A stretch of DNA of 64,000 nt from a virus. Shown one piece after another: positions 27,842-37,854 of this stretch. Both the position numbers and the translations under genes were made by a program. The stretch's first letter is position 1, and the number at the start of each line of letters is the position of its first letter. The stretch is from positions 64,001-128,000 of IMG/VR virus record IMGVR_UViG_3300028840_005764; one strand, given 5' to 3'. Below the pieces are notes generated by a model. The model saw only the letters and a program-made list of their open reading frames with translations, did no database searches and was not told the origin of the DNA.

Positions 27842-28825
27842 TTACGCACCTGCTGAGCACAGAGACACATAAGGGTAGCCTTGCCGTTCCTTATACAGAA
27901 TTTGCCCAGCCAGTTGTTGGTTGGCTACAGTCGCCACACTCATCTTGGGCAGTCTGCTGTCGGCTGCACCTTCTGACAGCAGCGGCTGTTGTGTCACGTG
28001 TTCGATCGTTTTTTCGCTCAGCAGTTTGACCTGCGCATTGGCGTTTTTCAGTGCGCGGTGAATACCAGCCAGCGATTTGACCTCCACGCTCATGGGCACA
28101 AAGAATTTTGACGCTTGCCTGTGCCGCTTTTGATACTGAATTGCGAGTGAGCCGTAGCAGACTCTTATCAGTGGTTCCCACACACGTTCCCAGAACGCCA
28201 TGTTTGGAGCGCGTTCGACACCAACCACGTTTTCTCCCAGCAAGATGATGGCACCAATTTGTTTTGGCACCAACTCAAACTCAGCTACGAACTCATCCAG
28301 CTGCTTTTCAAAGTGCTTCAAGAAGTAAGTGAGGTGGCCACCAGTATGTGGCACTCCACTTTCTTTGTTCAGACTTCTGATGTGCGGCCAGATCTTGTCA
28401 TAACCTTGTCTGTGTCTCATACTGAGAGCATGAGATCGTATTGATGCTGGCAATACCAACATGGTGATCGCTTTCTGGTCTCTGATGTAACCACCTTGGC
28501 TGTCCTCGATGCACATGGCTGTCTCGATGGACTTGCGGCCGTTTGCTTTGACCAAAAACGCGCTTGGCACAGCGTGGTCTTGTGCACGTTCTCTTGTCAC
28601 CCAACCAGCACCTGTCGGTACGATGCTTGGTCGTGTGCTGTCTGTATTGCGCACTTGAACCGTACCATAGTTCGATGTTTCCACATGGAAGTCTGGTGGT
28701 GCGAAGTCGTCATCTTGCGCGTCGCCCTCGTCGATGAGCGGGATGACAGACATGTGGCCCACGGTTTGGGTTCTGCCACGTCCCATTCCTCTGAGGATTT
28801 CTTCGACTGTGAGGTTGCGTGTCAT
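27842..28825 (-). CDS. ARPP-1/DUF6569-like protein (putative)
   Basis: Q....M.VIPL, V.V.N....P, G.....QD.A, CIE..Q, Q..IW, F.....QIGA pattern recalled for this family; ATGA-coupled to the vWA gene. Confidence 0.55.
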   Translation of the reverse strand: MTRNLTVEEILRGMGRGRTQTVGHMSVIPLIDEGDAQDDDFAPPDFHVETSNYGTVQVRNTDSTRPSIVPTGAGWVTRERAQDHAVPSAFLVKANGRKSIETAMCIEDSQGGYIRDQKAITMLVLPASIRSHALSMRHRQGYDKIWPHIRSLNKESGVPHTGGHLTYFLKHFEKQLDEFVAEFELVPKQIGAIILLGENVVGVERAPNMAFWERVWEPLIRVCYGSLAIQYQKRHRQASKFFVPMSVEVKSLAGIHRALKNANAQVKLLSEKTIEHVTQQPLLSEGAADSRLPKMSVATVANQQLAGQILYKERQGYPYVSLCSAGA

Positions 28826-30435
28826 GACAGTGCCTTTCTCGTCTCAACTGACCCCAGGGCCAGACGTAGTAGGGCGTTGATTCCATTCACTGGCTCTGCC
28901 TCGATCATCCCTCGGATGAAGGTGGCTGTGAGCTGCCCAGGTTGCTGCACTGGCATTGTTGGTACACCGTCGTTGGGCGCCAGCTCACGTGCACCTTTCG
29001 ACTCGGCAGCGAACACCGGGTTTAAATGATACACAGGCGTATCAATACCGATCTCCCGCACGTGGTGCATGACCTCAGCGAAGCGCCCGGCTGGTGCATT
29101 CTCGTATCCGTCGCTGATCACGAACACAGCCTCGGGTTCGTCGTTCAGCGCCTCCACCAAGCTGTCAGCAATGGCTGTGTCACCCATCGGACGGACGAGA
29201 CCATCGCCAGCTTCGATGTCTGTACCACTGACATGGTACTCCTGACTCTCATCACCGGTGTGCAACAGGGTGTCGCGCATGGCCAAGGCCACCGCCAGGG
29301 GTCGCAGTGGTTGGCTGCGGTGACCAGCCATCGATTGTGACGCGTCCACGATGACGGCCACCGATTTGTAGCGCGTTGGGAACATCGCTGCGGTCTCCTT
29401 CGCCTTCTCGTCCAAGGCGTTCGCAATCTCTTGCGTCAGCCCACACTCGAACGCGTAGAGGTATAGGCGCACAGCGTCGTACTTCGTCGGGTCCATGTCG
29501 ACTTCGACGTTTGCGCGCTTTGCTCTTTTCTGTACTGCCATCTTCTGGTGGCCGGTGAGCTTGCCGCCCTTGGCCACAAGTTTCAGCACATCCTCCTTCT
29601 TCGTGTCGGGGTGGTATGTGCTTCTCAGGCCCTCCAGGACCTCCAGAGGAAGTTTAGAGCCAGCCTTGATATCTTCCTTCGCTTTTTCAAACGAAACGAA
29701 GAGAGGCAGGCTCAGGCGTTCACGCACGTCCAGGATGAAGCCCACGCACTCGAGCACTTCCTTGTATCTGTTCAGCTGGCAGTGCTTCCGGATGTTCTGC
29801 TCGAGAATCGTTAGCTCCTTCTTCTTTCGGTAACGCCCACCCTTCTTCAGGATCGATCCGATGATTGATGTTAGCCGTAGGCCCCAGGCGTGGGTCAGTG
29901 CCGCCCGCATTTTTGTCCTGTACTTCACCGACCAGAGTTGCAGTCTCGGGCTCGAGAGCAGCGTGCGCAGGATCAGTTTTCTTGTCCTGGCGTTGTTCGC
30001 CTTCTTCAGACCCAGGGATGCATCACCCACCCGCAGTCCATCGATCAGCTTCAACATGCGCTGTGGTGGCAGAGCTTGGAACAGGTGGTACAGCACCATG
30101 CGTTCTTGTCCCGGCTCGAGGAACGCTTGTTCCACGCCGTTCCGGGGGAATGACAGCAGCTTCTTCATACCGATCTGCACGCTGCGGTCGGTCAACCCTG
30201 GCAGCGTCAACAGCACGGCGTATACGTCCCTCTCCAGGCCAAAGAGTTCGTCGTGCACACGCAGTTCGGCAGCCTGTTGTTCGGCGCGCGTGTTGTAGTG
30301 CGTCGCGCGCCCCATGGAGCTGACAGCTGTGTCCAGGAATGAGCAGACGGATTTGCTCATCTTCTTCACAGCAGTCTTGTTCCGTGGCATCCACAGCAGC
30401 TGTTCATTCGAGTGCGTTTGCACCAACGTATTCAT
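28822..30435 (-). CDS. Helical domain + vWA (MIDAS) protein, Ro60/TROVE-like architecture
   Basis: C-terminal vWA: VIVDASQSM (DxSxS), GDT, VISDGYEN. About 350-aa basic helical N-terminus, 537 aa total; structured RNAs lie upstream. Confidence 0.65.
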   Translation of the reverse strand: MNTLVQTHSNEQLLWMPRNKTAVKKMSKSVCSFLDTAVSSMGRATHYNTRAEQQAAELRVHDELFGLERDVYAVLLTLPGLTDRSVQIGMKKLLSFPRNGVEQAFLEPGQERMVLYHLFQALPPQRMLKLIDGLRVGDASLGLKKANNARTRKLILRTLLSSPRLQLWSVKYRTKMRAALTHAWGLRLTSIIGSILKKGGRYRKKKELTILEQNIRKHCQLNRYKEVLECVGFILDVRERLSLPLFVSFEKAKEDIKAGSKLPLEVLEGLRSTYHPDTKKEDVLKLVAKGGKLTGHQKMAVQKRAKRANVEVDMDPTKYDAVRLYLYAFECGLTQEIANALDEKAKETAAMFPTRYKSVAVIVDASQSMAGHRSQPLRPLAVALAMRDTLLHTGDESQEYHVSGTDIEAGDGLVRPMGDTAIADSLVEALNDEPEAVFVISDGYENAPAGRFAEVMHHVREIGIDTPVYHLNPVFAAESKGARELAPNDGVPTMPVQQPGQLTATFIRGMIEAEPVNGINALLRLALGSVETRKALS

Positions 30436-30493
30436 AGCATCACCTCTCCCGTGGAGTTCTCCATCAAATTGTTTGTGGAGGAAAGGAAAGATC

Positions 30494-30563
30494 TAGCGGT
30501 AATTACGGAAGCTGGGTCTTTGACATAAACTATTTGTCTGAACCAGCATCACAGTTCCCGCTA
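30494..30563 (-). ncRNA. Y-RNA-like element A (module only, no tRNA domain)
   Basis: TAGCGG/CCGCTA outer stem, GAACT-GTGATGCTGG-TTCAG, GCTGG/CCAGC stem. Confidence 0.6.
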
Positions 30564-30570
30564 AAAGAAA

Positions 30571-30694
30571 TGGTTGAGTCAATTAGAGCATCACGTTTTC
30601 TAAGTGACTGGACTTGAACCAGCTACCTACGGTTTTCAGGACCGTTGCTCTTTCCAACTGAGCTACACTAAAGTGACCCTCAAGTTCTCAACCA
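30571..30694 (-). ncRNA. Y-RNA-like element B: tRNA D/anticodon/T arms capped by the extended module stem
   Basis: TGGTTGAG/CTCAACCA outer stem, GAACT-TGAGGGTCAC-TTTAG, D arm GCTC..GAGC, ACGGT/ACCGT, GCTGG-TTCAAGT-CCAGT. Confidence 0.75.
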
Positions 30695-30709
30695 AAACAA
30701 GGCGTTTAA

Positions 30710-30833
30710 AGCGAGGGAAGTAGGACATCACGATTGAGTGAAAGAGAAGGATTTGAACCTTCAACCTTCGGCTCTGCATGCCGATGCTCGACCACTCGAG
30801 CTGTCTTCCTAAAGTGACCTCCAAGTTCTCGCT
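30710..30833 (-). ncRNA. Y-RNA-like element C: tRNA D/anticodon/T arms capped by the extended module stem
   Basis: AGCGAG/CTCGCT outer stem, GAACT-TGGAGGTCAC-TTTAG, GCTCG/CGAGC, TCGGC/GCCGA, GAAGG-TTCAAAT-CCTTC. Confidence 0.75.
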
Positions 30834-30839
30834 AAAAAA

Positions 30840-30870
30840 TATATACCACAGGTGCTCGAACTTTTCGCAA
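30840..30870 (-). promoter_or_regulatory. Promoter for the ncRNA-vWA-ARPP operon
   Basis: TTGCGA-N17-GGTATAT (TGTGGTATAT extended -10) just upstream of element C. Confidence 0.5.
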
Positions 30871-30919
30871 GTTTTTTTCTTATTTTTTCACTTTTTCTTC
30901 CATAATATATTGGGTGGAA

Positions 30920-30993
30920 TGCCCCCGGTGGGATTTGAACCCAACGTTGCCGGATTGAAAGCCCGGTGTCCTACCCGTTTGAACGACGGGGGC
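30920..30993 (-). tRNA. tRNA-Glu(TTC)
   Basis: CCGGG-CTTTCAA-TCCGG. Confidence 0.87.
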
Positions 30994-30999
30994 GAAGGA

Positions 31000-31722
31000 T
31001 TATTCTGCAATTGCGTCGTTGATCGCTGCATATATTTCATCTTTTGCTCTTGCTATTTTATAGTATGGAACATGGAAAAATTCAGCTAGATGATTATTAC
31101 GTATCACAAATTCAAATGGCAAATTGGATATGAGGCCTACGTGGCGTTCACGCATTTTTTGAATACGATCGTTTTTAATTTTATTCACCAGCTCTTCTGG
31201 TGGTGTGAGTAGTGAATGTAGGACACGCCGTGCAAAAGGTTTTAATCTTTTTTCTGTGTGTTCTAATATTTCTTTGTATCTATAATCCCATTTTGCTTGG
31301 CATGAATATGGATATGATTTGATTTTATCGACTGAGATATCTTGGTTTTTCATTACCTCAATTTTTACATGTTGTTTTGGATCTTTAGGTGTGTATTTAG
31401 AATCTTTTCTAAATGCTGTCACAGCAGTATTTAAGAAGTTTTTGCGTGCTATATACATACACCAAGTTTTGATTGATGCGCGTGTCTCATCATATTTGTC
31501 TAGATTCTTAAACATTTTTAAATATGCTTCTTGAACAAGATCTTCTTTATCTATAAATGACGGTATAGATACTTTCCCAGCTTCACGCATAAGGAATGGC
31601 CGCAACTCTTGAATAGTTTTGAGGAATAGCTGTTTTCTTTCGTCAGTGACTGTGAATTTTTTCTGGCGTGGATAGAGTTTCGGGCGTGGGCGGAGCTTCG
31701 GGCGTGGTTTTCTGACAATCAC
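31000..31722 (-). CDS. Phage sigma-70-family factor
   Basis: Region-2 motif DKEDLVQEAYL....LDKYD..RASIKTW...IA; N-terminal PRPK repeats. Confidence 0.75.
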   Translation of the reverse strand: MIVRKPRPKLRPRPKLYPRQKKFTVTDERKQLFLKTIQELRPFLMREAGKVSIPSFIDKEDLVQEAYLKMFKNLDKYDETRASIKTWCMYIARKNFLNTAVTAFRKDSKYTPKDPKQHVKIEVMKNQDISVDKIKSYPYSCQAKWDYRYKEILEHTEKRLKPFARRVLHSLLTPPEELVNKIKNDRIQKMRERHVGLISNLPFEFVIRNNHLAEFFHVPYYKIARAKDEIYAAINDAIAE

Positions 31723-31856
31723 TGTACCCTCCGATTTTTTATCAGCGTATAGGACTATCGGTGGTGTGACTGATACGCAATAGAAAAATACAGATGATTG
31801 TCTTGAAACGTTAGGAATTACTTTAAGATTGGAACGTACTATTGGAGAACTTTTGT

Positions 31857-32468
31857 TTAAATTATCAAGTCAATAAGGTTATCAATATCATGACATTCTG
31901 GTTGGCTTTGGACTGCCTGTTGAGCTTTTTTGGTGGCTGCTTTCTTACCCATTCCACTTTCGCACAGGACCTCAACGATCTGCTCGACACGATAGTCCTC
32001 GAACTCATTGTTTTCATTGGCTTCATTGGTTTGTTCGAGAGACTGAGCCATGAGATCTCTCATCAGCATACGCTTGCGCCCGGTTGGTGGTGGTGCGTTG
32101 TTTGATTCGTCTTCTGTGGCTTCTTCGACGCATTGAGCCAAGTTGTAGAACCCACGGTCTGCTGTCCACTTGATCTTCTGAACCACACCCACAGCATTGC
32201 TGTTGATGGTGATGCGCGCATTGACCTCGGCATACACCATCTCCTCTTCCTCCTCGACTTGGTACCAGCCGTTGTGTGCGTACAGGATTGGGACTACGGT
32301 GCGCACCTTCCACAATGTTGGGTCCATCTCGATGCTGTAGACGTGGGTGTCGGTGTCGTGTGCTGCTAGTGCCACGCCCAGTGCTTGGGTCAACCATTGG
32401 GGCAACCAGATCTCTTTGAGATATGCACGCTTTTGTTTTCTGTTGGCGTCATGTCCTTGGACTAGCAT
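31857..32468 (-). CDS. Hypothetical protein, C-terminus resembles a RuvA-C/UBA-like helical bundle
   Basis: RBS AGGAGG; IVEVL...G.....A....Q.A......DIDNLI. Confidence 0.55.
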   Translation of the reverse strand: MLVQGHDANRKQKRAYLKEIWLPQWLTQALGVALAAHDTDTHVYSIEMDPTLWKVRTVVPILYAHNGWYQVEEEEEMVYAEVNARITINSNAVGVVQKIKWTADRGFYNLAQCVEEATEDESNNAPPPTGRKRMLMRDLMAQSLEQTNEANENNEFEDYRVEQIVEVLCESGMGKKAATKKAQQAVQSQPECHDIDNLIDLII

Positions 32469-32525
32469 GATATCCTCCTGTGAATACCTTTATTCTACAG
32501 CAAAAGTTTTGCTATTTTTCTATAA

Positions 32526-33488
32526 TCAGGCAGCTTTGAGGAGGGTGTCGATCCGGTTCATGGCCTCGGTCTTCATCTGCGCGGCGCCGCCCCACCACAC
32601 GCTATTCAGGCGCGCTTCGTCACCACGGGACTGGCGGTGGTGGTCCGTGTACTCGGCCACGGCGTTGATCGCTGCCCACGCAGTACCGCGGAAGTCGGCG
32701 AGGCCGATGCCCTGGTCAAAGAGACGCACGACCTTGTTCCTGTTGTTCTGTGTGCGCGTCGGCACCTCGTTCTCGTCCTTTGCCGGGAACAAGCCCTGCG
32801 CCAGCATCTGCATCTGGATGTCGGTGAACTTCTGCCGCGCCATCCAGTCCGCGCGCTCCTGGAACCTGTTGAAGTACAGGTGTGCGAGCCCCAGCGCTTC
32901 TCTCGCCTGCTCCATCTTGTCCTTGTACTTGGTTGTGTGGCGGATCCTGAAGGTGTTGGTGGCACGGCCCATGGCGATGTTCAGCGTGTTTTGGCAGACC
33001 ACTCTTTCCGGTGTGAACATGCCGCTGCAAGCGCCGCTACCGTCGTGCGACGTGCTCAGTAGCAGGTACTGCTCGAGGATGTCGTTTCCGGCCACACGCA
33101 TGACCTCGGGCAGCTTCGCCTGCATCCACACCTTGCGACCGTTCCACAGGCTGCCAGCCGTGTGGTACATGGCGAGCTTCTCGCCCACGATCCCGTCCAG
33201 GAGCTCGAAGGCATCTCGATTCTGGATGCAGTGGTAGCGGCTGCCGCACACGCCCAGCGCCTCTTCCGTGTCCTTGCGCACGATGGCGTAGTTGCCCACC
33301 ATCACGTTCATGCGCTCCTCACCGTAGTGCTCGGTGAACAGCTCGCGGGTCTCAACTTCCCAGTCCAAGCCCGCGGCCACGAGAGCCTCGTCACTGGTCG
33401 CGGCGTCTGGGACCTCCACACCCATACCGTGCCACGGGCGCTGTCCGTAGTAGAACATGTTGTCGTGTTCCTGGATACCTGCGGTCAT
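32526..33488 (-). CDS. DUF932-family phage/plasmid protein
   Basis: PWHGMG, AGLDWEV, Y..IQN.DAF, TAGSL..GRKVW, YLLLSTSHDGS, TP.RVVCQNTL, IRHT, GTAW...NAV.EY.DH. Confidence 0.9.
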   Translation of the reverse strand: MTAGIQEHDNMFYYGQRPWHGMGVEVPDAATSDEALVAAGLDWEVETRELFTEHYGEERMNVMVGNYAIVRKDTEEALGVCGSRYHCIQNRDAFELLDGIVGEKLAMYHTAGSLWNGRKVWMQAKLPEVMRVAGNDILEQYLLLSTSHDGSGACSGMFTPERVVCQNTLNIAMGRATNTFRIRHTTKYKDKMEQAREALGLAHLYFNRFQERADWMARQKFTDIQMQMLAQGLFPAKDENEVPTRTQNNRNKVVRLFDQGIGLADFRGTAWAAINAVAEYTDHHRQSRGDEARLNSVWWGGAAQMKTEAMNRIDTLLKAA

Positions 33489-33566
33489 AGTGAGATCCTT
33501 TCTGTTTGCTGTATCGATGATTCAATACTAGCATACAGTTTTTTCTATTTTTCTATAAAGGAAAGT

Positions 33567-34049
33567 TTAGGAAGCGACAGGTGAGATTTCGATCTTGACC
33601 ACTTCTTTGTCTTCGCCGATGGTCGTGTGCTCTTCCAACCCCTTGTTGTAGCTCGACTGCATCTTGCGCGCGAAGTCCATGATCGGGCGTGGCTGGTCCG
33701 GATACTTTGCCAGCAGCTTCTCTTTGGCCAGCATCACGTCGTTGACCATCTTGTCCACGATCAGCTTGTACTTTGGTGTACGTGCGCCTTTGCGTGGTGT
33801 GATGGTGATGGCGCAAGCCCACTTGCCCAGGACGTGGAGTCCAGCACCGAGCAGGCCAAGCACCTTCTCTTCCTGCTTGACGATCTTTTCGTCCACAGAC
33901 TTCAACCGTTCTTTGAGCTCATCTCGCTCTTCTCTCAGTTTGCGCAGCTTTGTGGTGGCTTTCTTCTCCTTGTCACTGTACTTCGCCATGTCTCCCTCAG
34001 AGGCAGCGCTTCTCGCCGCAGTCTTGGTCCGCACACACCAGCCAGTCAC
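33567..34049 (-). CDS. Hypothetical coiled-coil protein
   Basis: GC-rich ORF; likely start MAKYSD after GAGGGAG. Confidence 0.6.
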   Translation of the reverse strand: MTGWCVRTKTAARSAASEGDMAKYSDKEKKATTKLRKLREERDELKERLKSVDEKIVKQEEKVLGLLGAGLHVLGKWACAITITPRKGARTPKYKLIVDKMVNDVMLAKEKLLAKYPDQPRPIMDFARKMQSSYNKGLEEHTTIGEDKEVVKIEISPVAS

Positions 34050-34298
34050 TCAACGGATATGTTGAGTCGCTGACCCTCATAGTGAATTCGGAACGGTGAA
34101 AAAATACCAACATATATGTACCGCATTTGTTGCATTTTTTTGGGAAAAAGTATTCGTACCGCAACAGACGTAGAATGTACCTCCACGCATCCCATGCCAT
34201 ACAGCAGACAGATTTTAAATGACCCTGTTTCAGGTGAATCCATCCAGCTATTGTGAAGTTCTTGATGTGTATTAACGTATTATTCTTCATGATCGTAT

Positions 34299-34532
34299 TC
34301 ACCGTTGGCAGCTTTTGATGCAACGGTTCTTTTCATTGACGCACGCCTTCTTCGTGTTGATGTGGCTTCGCGACAGACATGTCTCGTACTGTGCATCGCA
34401 CTCGGCGATGCACTGGTACACGTTGCTTGTATCTGTGGTGGTCGTGCTTGCGTATGGTGAGGTATATCCACCAGGTGGCACAGATATACATCCTATACAA
34501 AAAAACATTGTCACGATGATGATTTTCAACAT
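34299..34532 (-). CDS. Small Cys-rich lipoprotein
   Basis: Lipobox-like CIGC, C-x3-C-x6-C-x11-C-x6-C-x3-C, RBS GGAGG. Confidence 0.6.
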   Translation of the reverse strand: MLKIIIVTMFFCIGCISVPPGGYTSPYASTTTTDTSNVYQCIAECDAQYETCLSRSHINTKKACVNEKNRCIKSCQR

Positions 34533-35288
34533 ATTGCCTCCTATAGTTCTACATATGGCAGCCATTCTGCCGGGACAGAAAAGTCTGTGGCTATGCCCAT
34601 TACACCAACAGAGAAGTGGTGGTCCATGTCGCTGTCTGCCAACAGCATCCAGAAACCTTGTTCGTTTTGGACTTCGACACGATCACCAAACAGGCGCCAG
34701 GCATGAGCTCGCATACCTTTGTTACCGTTGGTACCGAACACACCAATGGTTGCGCCCTTGCTGATAGCGGTTCGGATTGTGTCGTATTGTTTTTCTTCTT
34801 TGACGCTGAATAGCATTTATTCCTCCACCATCTATAATTACACGATAGCAAAAGATTCGTAGAATTTTTCTATGAATGTGATGTAGAAAATTGGAGGCAG
34901 GATATCTGAGCGCTCATTCTCTCTCGTCGTACTCTTCTTTTGGATAGTCGCGCTCTCTCTTCTCATCAATGATGAGAGTGAGCCCACCATCCCTACGACG
35001 TGATGGAAACACAAGGCATTTCATCTCTGATAGATCAATTTCACATCGTGGTGCGCCCCATTCACCAATGTAGAACGGAGGCTTCTCGGGATCGTTTTTA
35101 TCGATTTTCTTCAATGGGATTTCAATACGTCCAGACATTGTGTTTCCTTTTCTCCTTTGACGTTGACATATAATATATCTGCTGAACCCTATAAAGGCGC
35201 ACCTCTATATACCATAATTGGTGAAAGTTTTTGTGAATTTTTCAGGGTTGCCTAAAAGGCTAGGAATGGCGATACTTTGACGGATTTT

Positions 35289-36617
35289 TTAGGCGCTTAA
35301 GGCACAAATGATCTTTGCGAACAGCTCGTCGCATGCATCTCGGTGCTCCACGCTGCCGTCCTCGAGACCACCGTCATGTGCCAGCTCATGCACGAGGGTG
35401 GAGATTAGCTGTTTGCGGTCTGTCAGCGTGCGTCTGGCGAGCTCAATGCGTCCATCACCCTGCCAGCGGCCGAGGATGGCGTCTGAGTAGAAGTCCACGA
35501 TGTTGATCTCGTGGCCAGGGCAGTGCTCTTTCACCAGGTTCACAGCCCATTCGAAGCGCACCTGCTCCTCGGCCTCCAGCTCCATCAGGCTGTAGATGTG
35601 CTTGGCCTGTGTCTCCAGCTGCTGCTGCTTGCTCTCGTATGACCCCGTCTCCTTTTCTATGACAGCTTTCAGCGTGCGGCCCACAGCCACACCCTTGATA
35701 CCATAGTGCTTGGCGTCCATGGTCTCGACACTGCTCGACACAGGAACGGCCTCGTCGCCGTGCTTCTCGGTGAAGATCTTGGCCATGGCCGTGGAGATGG
35801 TGCTGTTCGTGTACAGGTTATCGCGAACTGCACGCCCCTCTTCCCATTCATCATTCTGAAGCAGCTGCCAGATGTCTTCGGTCTTCACCATCTTGCGGGA
35901 CAGAGCCTTGTTCAGCACTTTGGTGATCGCGTACTTCAAGGACCAGGGATCGGCCAGTCGACGGTCACGATCCAAGTCCACATCGTCCAGGTCGTAGCCG
36001 TAGAAGTAGCGACCAGGCAACCGACCAACGTACACACCCTTGACGTACAGCACGCCAACCTTGTCCTCTGCCGTCAGGATCCTGTCATAGTCCAGGTCGA
36101 TCATGTCGGCCTTCTTGATCTTCGACAGGAAGAGACAACGTTCCTTGATCTCGTCCCAGTCCTCTTTGCCCAGCCCAATGACATCGACCTGGATCGCATT
36201 GCGGTATTTGACGGGTGAGCACTCCACCTTCAGGACCTCAGCCCCGAACTGGTCGCTGTGCTCGATGTGCGGGATCCACTGCTCGGCCCCAGACCGGCAA
36301 CGCACGGTGAAACCCATGCGGCTGAGAACCAACCACGCCAGCTTGAAGCCCTCACCGAACTTGCCACGCTGCCGGTTGTCTTCGGCCTTGGACGTGGTGC
36401 CCATGAGCAGAGTCTCGCGGTCGATGACCACACCTTGGTTCACGATGCGCAGCATCGGCTCCTTGGTGTTGGTAATGTAGTTGACCTCCATGTCCCGGCC
36501 GATGTCGTGAGCGTCCTGGGCGTTCTGCAGGAGCTCCCTGATGGCCTCCCACGCGCCCCAGTTGCGCACGTAGCCAGGGTTCAAGGTGAGCTCGAGAGTG
36601 GTTCTGGTGGCGCGCAT
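35289..36617 (-). CDS. GHKL-type ATPase fused to a zincin (HExxH) domain
   Basis: AIRELLQNAQDA, G.T.K.....RGKFGEGFK, C-terminal LVHELAH. Confidence 0.82.
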   Translation of the reverse strand: MRATRTTLELTLNPGYVRNWGAWEAIRELLQNAQDAHDIGRDMEVNYITNTKEPMLRIVNQGVVIDRETLLMGTTSKAEDNRQRGKFGEGFKLAWLVLSRMGFTVRCRSGAEQWIPHIEHSDQFGAEVLKVECSPVKYRNAIQVDVIGLGKEDWDEIKERCLFLSKIKKADMIDLDYDRILTAEDKVGVLYVKGVYVGRLPGRYFYGYDLDDVDLDRDRRLADPWSLKYAITKVLNKALSRKMVKTEDIWQLLQNDEWEEGRAVRDNLYTNSTISTAMAKIFTEKHGDEAVPVSSSVETMDAKHYGIKGVAVGRTLKAVIEKETGSYESKQQQLETQAKHIYSLMELEAEEQVRFEWAVNLVKEHCPGHEINIVDFYSDAILGRWQGDGRIELARRTLTDRKQLISTLVHELAHDGGLEDGSVEHRDACDELFAKIICALSA

Positions 36618-36671
36618 ATCGTCTCCTATTGAGTCACACGTGGTTTGTATTCACACATTGTTGTTGTGGTT

Positions 36672-37187
36672 CTATTTGTCCTTGGGTCCGGTGATGAAGT
36701 ACTTCATCGTTCTCTTCTCGCCCTTGCTCTGGACCTGCCCGGCCTTCTTCAACGCGGCAATGGCGATGCTGATGTACTTGCTGGCCTCCCCCAAATGTTC
36801 GCCGATCTCGCTCACGCTCATCTCAGCACCGCTTTCACGCAGCACCTTGAGGATGTTGCGCTTGAGGACCTTGGGTTCACTGTGACGCTGCTCGCCGTTG
36901 ACGCCGAACAGTTCCTTGAGTGTCATCTCCTGGACGTACTCCGTCACGCCTTTGTCGTCGAGCATGCCCAGGAAGTCGCTGAATGCCATGTCCGGTGTCA
37001 TGTCGCTGATCTGCTCCTTGATCACGGGCCCGACGCCGTACAGCTCAATGAACTTCTTCAGCATCCCCTCGTTGGTCAATTGCCCCGTGGCCTTCTCGTT
37101 CTTGCTCTTGTTACTGATCTTTTTGCTCATCTTTTTCTCCTCTTTTATCAGAGCGTTGTTTGTAATCAGTATATCATCGAACATCAA
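36672..37187 (-). CDS. Winged-helix DNA-binding protein
   Basis: ILKVL....EMSVSEI...L......I..L...GQV..KGEKRTMKYF; likely start MSKK after AGGAG. Confidence 0.7.
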   Translation of the reverse strand: MMFDDILITNNALIKEEKKMSKKISNKSKNEKATGQLTNEGMLKKFIELYGVGPVIKEQISDMTPDMAFSDFLGMLDDKGVTEYVQEMTLKELFGVNGEQRHSEPKVLKRNILKVLRESGAEMSVSEIGEHLGEASKYISIAIAALKKAGQVQSKGEKRTMKYFITGPKDK

Positions 37188-37854
37188 AGCATTTTGCTAT
37201 TTTCATTTTATTCAATCGCTATGTCAATTAAAAACAGCATAACTTTGACAGAATTCTATGACCTTTTATCTTTATATTATTACGTACGATATATGCGAAT
37301 TGTAGCCAATGTCTTGCGGTCCAAATTCCTTCGCGGTTGTCAGTGTTGAATTGAACAGGTCGTTGGTGGCCATTTTTTTTCGGAGCTGTTTTTCAACACC
37401 GCTCCACCACCTACCACCCTGGGCTCCTGTGGCTATCAACGCCTGGCACAGGGCGATCGACTGGCGGTAGGCCGTGGTGAGGTCAGGACATTCTGTGCCT
37501 GGTGTCGTGACGCAGGCAATGCCCTTTTGTCCGGGCCTGGAGAACACACGCACGCCGTCGACTACCAGGTCTACCTGTTTGGAGTACGGGGTTCTGAGGC
37601 AAACCACAGCGCCGTGATGCGAGCCCTCGTGGTGCTTGGTGATCTGAATTGCGCCATGGCAGCGCTCCCAGCTCGGCACGAGGTTGGCGTTGTGCTTCAT
37701 GCCCACTACCCGGCATCCGTCCAGCTCGGCAAAGGCCTGGACCAGCGGCAGCACGCCCAGAGGGTACTCAGCACCTGTGTCACGGTCGCCAAACGTGGCC
37801 TCGATTTTGGTGCCCTGCTTGGTTTGTAGCTGGTACCGGTACATGACATCCTCC

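Noticed and set aside
30571-30833. Ordinary tRNA-Ser(TGA)/tRNA-Cys(GCA) or mere pseudo-tRNAs
   Set aside because: The acceptor stems are short and extend into a shared, covarying outer helix, which is not random decay.
19465-30993. Stop-codon reassignment or suppressor tRNAs
   Set aside because: No CTA, TTA or TCA anticodon was found, and long genes are intact in the standard code using all three stops.
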